Below the pieces are notes generated by a model. The model was given only the letters and a program-made list of their open reading frames with translations. It was not told the origin of the DNA and made no database searches. A DNA stretch of 64,000 bases, taken from NCBI GenBank assembly GCA_963770895.1, contig CAVYRF010000002.1, positions 4,352,001 through 4,416,000 on the forward strand, given 5' to 3'. The DNA is from an uncultured Acidobacteriota bacterium (GTDB lineage: Bacteria > Acidobacteriota > Thermoanaerobaculia > Multivoradales > UBA5704). Within the stretch, counting starts at the first letter, position 1, and every line of letters begins with the position of its first letter. Below are positions 29,085 to 38,466 of this stretch, in pieces. A program made the position numbers and the translations under genes.

Positions 29085-31814
29085 ATGCCCGGCGCTCCGC
29101 CCGATCTTCCGCCCGCTCCGACGCCCTCCGCGGCGCCCGCTCCGGCGCTCTCTGCGCCCTTTGACGTTCTCCTGAGCTACAACCGCCAGGACCAGGCACT
29201 GGCGATGGAGTTGGCCAATGCCCTCCGTGCCCGCGGCCTGCGGCCCTGGATCGACGAAGCCGAGCTGATCCCGGGCCGCCGGTGGCAGGAAGCGCTGGAA
29301 CGGGCCCTGGGGCAGGTCTGCACGACGGCGGTGCTCTTCGGCAGCGACGGTCTGGGTCCCTGGCAGACACCGGAGATGCGTGCCGCCATCGACGAGAGCG
29401 TTCGCCGCGGCCTGCCGGTCATCCCTGTGCTGCTGCCCGGCGCGCCTGCACGGCCCGAGCTGCCGCTCTTCCTACGCGACTTCACCTGGGTCGACCTCCG
29501 CCGCGGCTTCACCCCCGACGGCCTGGACCGGCTCCATTGGGGCATCACCGGCGTGAAGGCCGGCGCCGGCTCCGCGACAGGCCTGCGGGCTCCGCGCGGT
29601 CCGGCCCGCCACAGCCTCCCGTTCCTGTCGCTGGACGCGCTTTTCACCGGGCGCGAGCAGGAGCTGCTGCACCTTGCCGCGGCCCTCGACAATGCCGGCG
29701 CCGCCGCCGTCGGCCAGGACCAGTTGCTCTGCGGCCTGGGTGGCATCGGCAAGAGCCGCCTCGCGGTCGAGTACGCCTGGCGCTATGGCGGCCGCTACCA
29801 GGCCGTGCTCTTCGTGCGCGCCGACTCGCGCGACGGCATGCGCCGCGGCCTGGCCGCCCTCGCCGCCGCCGACCTGCTGGACCTCCCCGAGCGCCAGGCG
29901 TCACAGGAGGACGAAACCGTTGCGGCGGTGCTGCGGTGGCTTCGCGATTCGCCCGGCTGGCTCCTGATCCTGGACAACGCCGACTCCCAGGAGGCCGCGG
30001 CGGCCGTCTCGGAGCTGCTGCCCCGCCTTGCGGTCGGCCACGTGCTGATCACCTCGCGCTGGACCCGCTGGGGAGCAGCGCTCCACGGCCAGCCTCTGGC
30101 CCCCCTGACGCGTGCGGAAGCCGCCAGTTTCCTGGACCGGCGCACTGCCGGCCGCCGCAGCCCGCGCCCCGACGATCCCCAGGCCGCCGAGCGCCTGGCT
30201 GCGCTCCTGGGCGGCCTCCCCCTGGCCCTCGAGCAGGCCGCCGCCTACATTGGACAGCGCCGGCTGAGCTTCGCTGCCTATCTTGACGCCTAGCCGGCCG
30301 AACGCGACAAGGTGCTCTCCTGGTACGACCCGCTGGTCATGGCCTATCCCGAATCGGTGGCCGTGACCTGGCACCGTAGCTTCGACGGCCTCGCCCCGGC
30401 TGCCGCCGCGCTCCTCCGCCTGGCCGCCTTCCTGGCCCCCGATCCCATCCCCGTCGCCCTGTTCGAGGAGGGCCGCGAGCTTTTCGACTCCGCGTGCCAG
30501 CTCCTCTGCGACGAAACCGACCAGCCCCGACCGGCGGCGCCCGCCGCTCGCGACGCCTTGGCCGACCTGGACGCCTTTAGCCTGGTCGCCTGGATCGAGG
30601 GGACCTTTACCGTCCACCCCATGGTCCAGGAGGTCATCAGGGGGCGCATACCTCCAGACCGCAAGTGCGAGTGGATCGAAGCGGTCCTTCGCCTGGTCAA
30701 CCGCCATGCGCCATTCGATGCTGACGACGTCCGCACCTGGCCGGTGTGGGACCTCCTCCGTCCCCACGCCGCGGCCGTCCTCGACGGTGCGGAAGCAGCC
30801 GCTCACACCAAGTCCGCGCCTCGGTTGATGAGCCAGCTGGCGTTGTATCTCTTCGCCAAGGCACTGTACGGCGAGGCCGAGCCTTTGATGCGCCGTGCCC
30901 TCACGATCGACGAGGCCAGCGTCGGCCCCGACCACCCCACGGTCGCCAGAGACCTCAACAACCTGGCCCAGCTGCTCAAGGCCACGAACCGCCTCTCCGA
31001 GGCCGAGCCCCTGATGCGCCGCGTCCTCGCGATCGACGAGGCCAGCGTCGGCCCCGACCACCCCACGGTCGCCATATGCCTCAACAACCTGGCCCAGCTG
31101 CTCAAGGCCACGAACCGCCTCTCCGAGGCCGAGCCCCTGATGCGCCGCGTCCTCGCGATCGACGAGGGGAGCGTCGGCCCCTACCACCCCTCGGTCGCCA
31201 TAGGCCTCAACAACCTGGCCCAGCTGCTCAAGGCCACGAACCGCCTCTCCGAGGCCGAGCCCCTGATGCGCCGCGTCCTCGCGATCGACGAAGCCAGCTT
31301 CGGCCTCGATCACCCCGAGGTCGCCAGAGACCTCAACAACCTGGCCCTTCTGCTCCAGGCCACGAACCGTGTCTCCGAGGCCGAGCCCTTGATGCGCCGC
31401 GCCCTCGCGATCAAAGAGGCCAGCTTTGGCTCCGACCATCCAAAGATCGCCATAGGCCTCAACAACCTTGCCCTTTTGCTCGAGGCCACGAACCGTCTCT
31501 CCGAGGCCGAGCCCCTGATGCGCCGCGCCCTCGCGATCGACGAGGCCAGCTTCGGCCCCGATCACCCTACGGTCGCCCTCCGGCTCAACAACCTCGCCCA
31601 GCTTCTCCGGGTCACGAACCGCCTCTCCGATGCCGAGCCTCTGATGCGTCGCGCCCTTGCGATCGACGAGGCCAGCCTCGGCCCCGATCACCCCACGGTC
31701 GCCATTGACCTCAATAACCTCGCCCAGCTGCTCCTGGCTACGAACCGTCTCTCCGAGGCTGAGCCCCTGATGGGCCGTGCCCTCGCGATCGAGGAGGCCA
31801 GCATCCGGGCCTAG
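29085..31814 (+). pseudogene. TIR-NB-ARC-TPR NLR-like gene interrupted by in-frame TAG at 30291-30293
   Basis: TIR (FDVLLSYN, WIDEAEL, PWQTPEM); Walker A GLGGIGKS; Walker B LILDNAD; GGLPLAL. ORFs 29085-30293 and 30312-31814 share a frame (YLDA*PAERDKVLSWY). Confidence 0.88.
30873..31811 (+). repeat. Seven full plus one partial near-identical 126-bp (42-aa) TPR repeats
   Basis: EAEPLMRRxLAIDEASxGPDHPTVAxxLNNLAxLLxATNRLS units. Confidence 0.95.
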
Positions 31815-31904
31815 TCGTCTGCGCCTCGAAGGCTCCCCAATCTCGCGGCACGATTCGCCTGGCCGCTCGCGGAGGGCAAGGTCGAGCGTAACCCGCCGCT
31901 TGCC

Positions 31905-32534
31905 TCACCCTTGCGGCGAGGGACGGCGCACCAGGCTCTGAGCCGCATTGACCGGGTCCTGGAGCGATCCGCCGGTCTTGATGTCCAGCATCTTCACCAG
32001 GTCCGCAAGGTCTGCGTACTGCACCGAGGCACGCGATGCCTGGTTGCTCTGCCGCATCGCGGGCGAGCTGTGGTATTCGACCCCCCACCGTTCGGATAGA
32101 CCGCCGGAGCTCGAGTTGGCGCCTCTGGAGATCGCAACGATTCGCAGGTAGGCGAAACCCTTGAGGCGGGCAACCCGGCGGTTCAAGACGTGATCCAGGA
32201 CGAGGCCGTGGAGGCTCTCCTCGGGGAACGCCAGCATGTAGGCTCGCCGATACGACGCGAAATTCACATGCACCCACACCTGCCGCGGCGCGTGGAGAAT
32301 TGCGGCGCTCGCGACCTGCCAGATCGGCAACTGCGTGTCTCGTGGCGGCGGGTCGTTAGCCTCGATCAACAAGGCGCGATTCGGCATCCCAACCGCCAGA
32401 ATCTCTGTGACGCGGCCTACATATCGTGCGATGGCGGCCTGGTCCCTGGCGCCGATGGGCACATAGAGGCAGGGTGGTAACCCCGACCTCTGCGGGATCC
32501 GCGTCGCTTCCGCGTCGATCTCTCGTGGTGCCAT
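31905..32534 (-). CDS. Hypothetical protein with possible HNH-like motif
   Basis: LDHVLNR...YLRIVAISRGANSS resembles DH...N His-Me finger patterns. Confidence 0.6.
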   Translation of the reverse strand: MAPREIDAEATRIPQRSGLPPCLYVPIGARDQAAIARYVGRVTEILAVGMPNRALLIEANDPPPRDTQLPIWQVASAAILHAPRQVWVHVNFASYRRAYMLAFPEESLHGLVLDHVLNRRVARLKGFAYLRIVAISRGANSSSGGLSERWGVEYHSSPAMRQSNQASRASVQYADLADLVKMLDIKTGGSLQDPVNAAQSLVRRPSPQG

Positions 32535-32907
32535 TTCGGTTGCTCCGTAGCAGCCGTGTGCGCCAACCGCGGCTCCGCAGGGCGTGTTCTGCAAAGGAGC
32601 TAGCCTGACTAGGGTGATTGGAATCCATTCCGAACGAACAGGCGTCCACCACCACTGTCTGGTTGAATCTGAATACTACCTGACCACTGCGCTTTCGCAT
32701 GCACGGGAAGTTTGTGCTATCGCGGCGGGGCAGGCCGGAACTTCCGCGGTCCCGCGACGGTCGAAATAGCTGGGGGCCGGTGCCGGGCGTACGAATGCGC
32801 GTCGCTCGGGCGCCGGTCCGGCATGGGGGGAGGGAGATGCCATGACTGGGTGCTCAGGGCGGCGGACGGAGCGGGGCAGACACCGGTATGCCGGGTGGCG
32901 GCGGGGG

Positions 32908-33804
32908 ATGCAGCGTGCCGCGTCGCTGTTTGTGTGCGGTATCGGCGGCGTTGCGACGCTCGCGGCGGCGGATACCATCGGCGCCGCGCGTCCCGCGGTG
33001 GTGCCGGGCGTCGTCGTGGTCGTTCGCGCCGCCCCGGGGAGCGGTACTCAGAAGGACCGGCGCGTGCTGCTTGCCTGGGGTGCGCCGGTCGCGGCGGCGC
33101 GCGCCGCGGGCTTGCGTTGCAGGCCGGCAATCGCGAACGATCAGAGCCCGGGTGCCGATCTGCCCGTGGTCGTCAGCTGCCCGCTCGTCGCCAAGGATGG
33201 CTGGGGTGTCGAGATCCCCGGCCTGGCGACCGCGCTCCAGCTTGCCCCCACCGCGCCGAGCGCGCTGCAGTTCACGAAGGACGGCCTGGCCAGCGCCTCG
33301 ATCCAGCTCGACAGCACCGCGCAGGTGGTCAGCGTGCGCCAGGCGCTCGCAAGGCTGGTGGCTGCCGGCGTGAGCGTGCAGGTCGGCACGGACCAGATGC
33401 CCGGTGGCCGAGTCGACGATTACGTGGTGCCGCACGTGCAACTGGCGATCGTCGAAGCCGCATCCCGGACGGGAGGCTACGTGGAGGTGGCCCACGCGGA
33501 GATCCCGGCCGGACCGCTCCTGGTCGCCGGCGAAAGCGTACCAAAGGTCAAACCCGGCACCCAGGTCCAGCCTCACTATCCCGAGGCGGCGCGCCAAGGC
33601 CATGTGGAGACCACGGTGGTGCTGCGCGTGACCATTGACGAGCGTGGCTCCGTCGCCCACATCGAGGACGTGCGGCCGCAACCTTTGGGATTTTCGCGGG
33701 CGGCCGAAGACGCCGTCCGCCACTGGAAGTTCGCCCCCACCCTGCTCGGGGGGCGCCCGGTATCGGTCCTGATCATCCTCCCGGTGCCCTTCAAGCTGCG
33801 CTAG
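32908..33804 (+). CDS. Secreted protein with TonB C-terminal domain
   Basis: PHYPEAAR...VVLRVTIDERG...AAEDAVRHWKFAPTLLGGRPV. Confidence 0.82.
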   Translation: MQRAASLFVCGIGGVATLAAADTIGAARPAVVPGVVVVVRAAPGSGTQKDRRVLLAWGAPVAAARAAGLRCRPAIANDQSPGADLPVVVSCPLVAKDGWGVEIPGLATALQLAPTAPSALQFTKDGLASASIQLDSTAQVVSVRQALARLVAAGVSVQVGTDQMPGGRVDDYVVPHVQLAIVEAASRTGGYVEVAHAEIPAGPLLVAGESVPKVKPGTQVQPHYPEAARQGHVETTVVLRVTIDERGSVAHIEDVRPQPLGFSRAAEDAVRHWKFAPTLLGGRPVSVLIILPVPFKLR

Positions 33805-33970
33805 GCGTGCCAAGTTGCGGGCCAGCCGGCGGGCGTTGCCGCGGAAACGTGACGGCCGCCGCAGACCAAACGCCCGCACCAGCCGTTTGCCGCAATGGCG
33901 AACATGTCAAGGCAGCGCCCCCGAAGCGATGGCGCGGCGGCGCCATGTGGACTGGCGGTTGCTGGGTGCG

Positions 33971-35500
33971 TCAGGTGGCAATGGACGCCGAATCTCCCGC
34001 GCCGAGGTACAGCAGCCAGTCGATGGCCCAGGCGTAGTCGACCGGATCGCCCCACCAGTCGGGTAACGTCGCGCTGGCATCCACGGCCACGTCGTGACTC
34101 GCGAGGTGTGCGGCCAGGGCCGCGAGCGGCTCTTCCGCCGTCTCCGGCAGCGCCGGCGCCTGCGGCAGTGTCCTGCCGTCGGGACGATGGAAGCGCGCGG
34201 TGCCGTCGGGCGCCAGCCGCATCGAAAATCCTTCTTCGTGCACCGCGCGATGGTGGCGGCGGCACAGCAGCACCGTATTGGCGAGGTTGGTGGTGCCGCC
34301 ATCGGCCCAGGCCTGCACGTGGTGGGCGTCGCACAGCCGCCGGCCGCAGCCCGGAAAGCGGCAGCCGCCGTCGCGATGCTCCAGGGCGCGGCGCAGGGCG
34401 GGGGAGATGGCGCGGGTGCGGCGCCCGACGTCCAGCACGGTGCCGTCCGCGGCATGCCGCATCACCACGCGCGCCGCGTCGCAGGCCAGCCGCCGGCACG
34501 TTTCCGCGGAAACGTGGGTGCCGTCCGCCAGCCACGACTCGCCTTCGCCGCCGGCCGGCAGTGCTTCGGCATCGACGTGCACCACGACCTGGTAGCGGTC
34601 GCCGCGGCTGCCGGGATCGAGGCCCGCGGCCAGGGCGCTTTCCGCCACCAGGCCCAGGGCGTCGGCGCGGCGCTGCTCCGGGGACGTGTCGTCGGTATCG
34701 TCCGCCGCCGCCCCGCCGCCGGACACCTGGCCGGTGTGTGCGCAGTGGAGCGCCGCGGCACCGGGCTGCTCGGTGTCGGACGCTGGGCTGGTGCCTGGCC
34801 GGTGAAGGGTCTCGGCGCCGGACGGCGGACTGGTGGCCGGGCTGTGGGCGCGTGCGGTGCTCGACGGCTGACTGGCGCGAGGCCCGTAGAGCTTCTCGAC
34901 GCCGGCGTCCAGGGCGCGGAGCAGCGCCGCTCCTGCTTCCGGCGCCAGGCGCCCCGTCACCACCACCATGCCGTCCTGGTCGGTGTAGGCACGCAGGTAG
35001 CGCGAGGCATGGCGGCGGCGTTCGTCTTCGCCCGCCGCCAGCCGGTTGACGCGCCGCATGCCGCGCACCAGCCGCTCGACGTGAGCGGCCGTCCCCGCGC
35101 GTCCGAAGGTCAACAGGTACGCCTCGTTGGCCGGCGTGGCGATGCGGGTCAGGGCGCGCACCTTGGAGTAGGAAAGCTCACCGCGGCGCATCGCCGCTGC
35201 CAGGTGTGGCAGAGTGCCGAGGGCGCGGGCCACGCGCAGCTTTTCGCGCGCAGCGCCGACGTCGAGCCCGACGCGCCAGCACAGCCAGTGAGCGCAGGAT
35301 AGAAAGCCGCTGTTCCAGCCGCCCTGCTCGTCGAATTCGCGCAGCATGACCAACAGCTCGTAGGTGGCCGCCGAGATCTGCGCCGACAGCTGGGCGATGC
35401 GCTCGCCGAGCTGCTCGAGGCGTGCACGTTGTTGCGCACCCGCCACCGCCCTGTCGAGGGCTGTCGAAACCATTTGATCTGCTTCCTGCACCGCGGTCAT
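33971..35500 (-). CDS. DUF222 + HNH endonuclease (13E12-repeat-like)
   Basis: FLSCAHWL, GELSYSKVRALTR, RLACDA, RDGGCRFPGC...AHHVQAWADGGTTNLANTVLLCRRHH. Confidence 0.92.
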   Translation of the reverse strand: MTAVQEADQMVSTALDRAVAGAQQRARLEQLGERIAQLSAQISAATYELLVMLREFDEQGGWNSGFLSCAHWLCWRVGLDVGAAREKLRVARALGTLPHLAAAMRRGELSYSKVRALTRIATPANEAYLLTFGRAGTAAHVERLVRGMRRVNRLAAGEDERRRHASRYLRAYTDQDGMVVVTGRLAPEAGAALLRALDAGVEKLYGPRASQPSSTARAHSPATSPPSGAETLHRPGTSPASDTEQPGAAALHCAHTGQVSGGGAAADDTDDTSPEQRRADALGLVAESALAAGLDPGSRGDRYQVVVHVDAEALPAGGEGESWLADGTHVSAETCRRLACDAARVVMRHAADGTVLDVGRRTRAISPALRRALEHRDGGCRFPGCGRRLCDAHHVQAWADGGTTNLANTVLLCRRHHRAVHEEGFSMRLAPDGTARFHRPDGRTLPQAPALPETAEEPLAALAAHLASHDVAVDASATLPDWWGDPVDYAWAIDWLLYLGAGDSASIAT

Positions 35501-35934
35501 CGTTCCCCTCCCTTTGCCTCGTCAGCGATTGTAAACCCATGATTTTTCGGCCCGCAGGAGGCCGTGGGCGGGCCGATCGGAGGTCGTCGAAGGGGCGCGG
35601 GAGGCTGGCCGCCAGAACCCGTCCTTGTGCCCCCTTTGCGCGCCAATCGATGCCATCCCAGTGCGGACTTGAGAAAACGCGCGCGAGGCCTCGAAAAACC
35701 TTGTCAAGGGGGGCCGGCGAGCTCGGTTGTGCCGCGGCTGCGCAAGCCCAGGCTGGTGGTGCACGTTGCGGCGGGCGGTCGAGATCGATGGGGACGGCTG
35801 CCCCGGCGGGTGGGTGCTGGCCGCCGAGCGCACCTGCCCTCTGCAACTGGACCTGGGATAGAGTGAGGCTTCCGCAATGGGGCCGGTGCACCCCAAATCT
35901 GGCGATGCCCCCTTTGGGGGGAAAGGACGTGGCG

Positions 35935-37602
35935 ATGAGATCAGTCTTTGCAACCCGCGGCGCCGTCGGGCGGTCCGTGGGCGCGGCTGCCGTGGTGCTG
36001 GGAATGGTGGCGGCTCCGGTTTGCGGTCAGCCTTCGGGCCTGGCGACCCGGCACGTGCGGCAGGCGGTCGCCGGCGGCCAGGCCGTGGCGGTGGGCCGCC
36101 TCCCCGTGCAGCAGACCCTGAAGCTGAACATCGCGCTGCCGCTGCGCAACGAGGCAGAGCTGGACGCGCTGCTGGAGCGCCTGTACGACCCCGCGAGCGC
36201 CGACTACCGTCGCTGGTTGAGCGTCGAGCAGTTCACCGATCGATTCGGTCCCACCCGGCAGGACTATCAGGCGGTGCTGGATTTCGCGCGGGCGCACGGC
36301 CTCCAGGTCAGCGGCACGTATCGCAACCGCATGGTGGTCAACGTCACCGGTGCGGTCGCAGACGTCGAAAGTGCGTTTCATGTCACCCTGGGCCAGTACC
36401 AGCACCCGACCGAGAACCGCACGTTCTATGCGCCGGACCGCGAGCCCGCGGCCGATCTGCCGGTCGCGCTCTGGCACGTCACCGGCCTGGACAACTATTC
36501 GATCCCGCACCCGGCCAGCCTGGTCCAGGCCGCGGCGCCGGCGGCCGGCGCAGCCGCGCCGCGCCGTCACAGCGGCTCCGGCCCCAACGGCGAGTTCCTG
36601 GGCAGCGACTTCCGCACGGCCTACTACGGCGGCAGCGCGCTGACCGGTGCCGGGCAGTCGGTGGGCCTGTTGGAGTTCGCGGGGTACGACGAAGCCGACG
36701 TGACCAGGTACTTCGCGCAGGTGGGCCAGCCGCTCGACGTGCAGGTGGTGGGCGTGTCGACCGACGGCTCCAGCCTCAGCTGTGACCGCTACTGCGACGA
36801 CACCGAGCAGGTGCTGGACATCGAAGTCGCCATTTCGATGGCGCCCGGCATGGACCAGGTGCGGGTCTACGTTTCCGATACGAGCGACGTGGCCATCTTC
36901 AACAGCATGGCGGCGGAAAACGTTGCCAAGTCCTTGGGCTGTTCGTGGGGCTGGAGCCCGGCCGATCCGGCGAGCGACGATCCGATCTTCAAGGAGATGG
37001 CGGCGCAGGGCCAGAATGTGTTCGTGGCCTCCGGCGACGACGGCGCCTACCTGAAGCAGTCCCCAGAGGTTTATCCGGCCGACGACGCCTACATCACGTC
37101 GGTGGGCGGCACCACCCTGGGCACCAACGGGCCGGGCGGGGCGTGGAAATGGGAGACCGCCTGGAACGGCAGCGGCGGCGGCGCGTCGCCCAACAAGATC
37201 GCCATCCCGTCCTGGCAGCGGACCGCCGGCGTCATCACCGCCGCCAACCGCGGCTCGCGGCTCTATCGCAGCAGCCCCGACGTGGCCGCCGAAGGGAACA
37301 CCGACAACTTCATCTGCGCCGACCGCGCCTGCGCCGGCGGCTGGGGCGGTTCCAGCTTTTCCGCTCCGCGGTGGGCCGGCTACCTGGCGCTGGTCGACGA
37401 GCGGGCGGTCGAGCTGGGTCTGGCGACACCCGGCTTCATCAACCCGGCGCTCTACGCGATCGGCCTGAGCGCCGACGGCAGCAAGGATTTCCACGACATC
37501 GTGAGCGGCACCAACGGCACCTATCGCTGCCAGGCAGGGTACGACCTGGTCACCGGCTGGGGCACTCCGAGCGCCGCCCTGATCGACGCCCTGGCGCACT
37601 GA
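35935..37602 (+). CDS. Secreted S53 (sedolisin/kumamolisin) peptidase with prodomain
   Basis: Signal peptide; pro-kumamolisin domain; EQVLD (ExxxD), ASGDDG, GGSSFSAP, GYDLVTGWGTP. Confidence 0.93.
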   Translation: MRSVFATRGAVGRSVGAAAVVLGMVAAPVCGQPSGLATRHVRQAVAGGQAVAVGRLPVQQTLKLNIALPLRNEAELDALLERLYDPASADYRRWLSVEQFTDRFGPTRQDYQAVLDFARAHGLQVSGTYRNRMVVNVTGAVADVESAFHVTLGQYQHPTENRTFYAPDREPAADLPVALWHVTGLDNYSIPHPASLVQAAAPAAGAAAPRRHSGSGPNGEFLGSDFRTAYYGGSALTGAGQSVGLLEFAGYDEADVTRYFAQVGQPLDVQVVGVSTDGSSLSCDRYCDDTEQVLDIEVAISMAPGMDQVRVYVSDTSDVAIFNSMAAENVAKSLGCSWGWSPADPASDDPIFKEMAAQGQNVFVASGDDGAYLKQSPEVYPADDAYITSVGGTTLGTNGPGGAWKWETAWNGSGGGASPNKIAIPSWQRTAGVITAANRGSRLYRSSPDVAAEGNTDNFICADRACAGGWGGSSFSAPRWAGYLALVDERAVELGLATPGFINPALYAIGLSADGSKDFHDIVSGTNGTYRCQAGYDLVTGWGTPSAALIDALAH

Positions 37603-37615
37603 CGACCCTGCACGA

Positions 37616-37658
37616 CGACGGCGGGACGGCCCAGCCGCGAGCTGCCGTCCCGCCGTCG
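37616..37658. terminator. 15-bp GC stem-loop between convergent genes
   Basis: cgacggcgggacggc / gccgtcccgccgtcg perfect inverted repeat. Confidence 0.7.
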
Positions 37659-37674
37659 CATCAAAGTTCTTTAT

Positions 37675-37941
37675 CTACTCGGTGGAGCACGATAATTCGT
37701 AGATAATTTTTTGATAGTTGGTCAGCGTGCCCGTGCAGGTCCACACCTGACAGCACGCGTGGACGCACTGTCCCACCTTGGTGGTATAGGTGGCGTCGCT
37801 GTACATGTACACCAGTGCGGCATCGGGACAGACCGCCAGGGCAGTCTTCTGTTGCGGCCCGGCCATGGCCAGGCCGAAGATGCCGAGGACCGCCAGAAGC
37901 AAGCTGATGCGGCTGCGCAGGAACTTCCTTACGTTGTTCAA
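37675..37941 (-). CDS. Small secreted Cys-rich protein (DUF6289-like)
   Basis: AAGGAG RBS before TTG; signal peptide; YSDATYTTKVG...C..CC....C.G; six Cys. Confidence 0.75.
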   Translation of the reverse strand: MNNVRKFLRSRISLLLAVLGIFGLAMAGPQQKTALAVCPDAALVYMYSDATYTTKVGQCVHACCQVWTCTGTLTNYQKIIYELSCSTE

Positions 37942-38125
37942 AATGATCTCCTTTCGCAAGGTGAGGAAGGTAGGATAATCCATCCTTGCCAACTTCGGTC
38001 ATGCTTTCGCTTCGGCGTCGTCTTTTTTGAAGGTCGCTTCCTCGGCGGCGCGATCGGACCTCCTTCACACACTATTTCCGTAGTGACCGCGGTGCAGCGA
38101 GGTCCATAACCGAGGAGGGATCGCG

Positions 38126-38278
38126 ATGAGAAAGCAAGCCGGGCGCATCACCCTTGCCAAGGAGACGCTGGTGTCGTTGCAGAGCCACAGGCTGTCCGAC
38201 GTTGCGGGGCAGACCGTGAAGAATGAATGCAGCGCCCTCACCGTTTGCGTGCGCTGCCCAAGTTTCCCCACCTGCTGA
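38126..38278 (+). CDS. Lanthipeptide-like RiPP precursor, 50 aa (not in ORF track)
   Basis: GAGGAGG RBS; MRKQAGRITLAKETLVSLQSHRLSDVAG-QTVKNECSALTVCVRCPSFPTC. Confidence 0.8.
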   Translation: MRKQAGRITLAKETLVSLQSHRLSDVAGQTVKNECSALTVCVRCPSFPTC

Positions 38279-38311
38279 CTGCGTAGACCTATCGTCTGCC
38301 CAACAGCGAAT

Positions 38312-38342
38312 CTACGGCGCGGCGCGGCTCGCCGCGCCGTAG
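38312..38342. terminator. 13-bp stem-loop downstream of the precursor gene
   Basis: ctacggcgcggcg / cgccgcgccgtag. Confidence 0.65.
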
Positions 38343-38466
38343 GCTCCCGGCTGGTTGTAGTTCGCTCGCACGACCGCTTGGGCAACTCGGACGCCGGAGC
38401 CGGCAGTCCAGGCGGCATGCGGGTCGCCGGTCCGCCAGGCTCCGCGCGTGCTTTGCGCCGGTCGCC

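Noticed and set aside
30291-30293. Pyrrolysine or genome-wide TAG recoding
   Set aside because: No pyl genes are seen and TAG ends several intact genes here (e.g. 11313, 19255, 33804).
30873-31811. Possible CRISPR array or DGR template/variable repeats
   Set aside because: Contiguous coding 126-bp units without spacers; no cas or reverse transcriptase gene in the window.
38126-38278. Precursor as substrate of the SagB-like or rSAM enzymes of the NRPS operon
   Set aside because: More than 25 kb away, and no RiPP recognition element or YcaO is evident.
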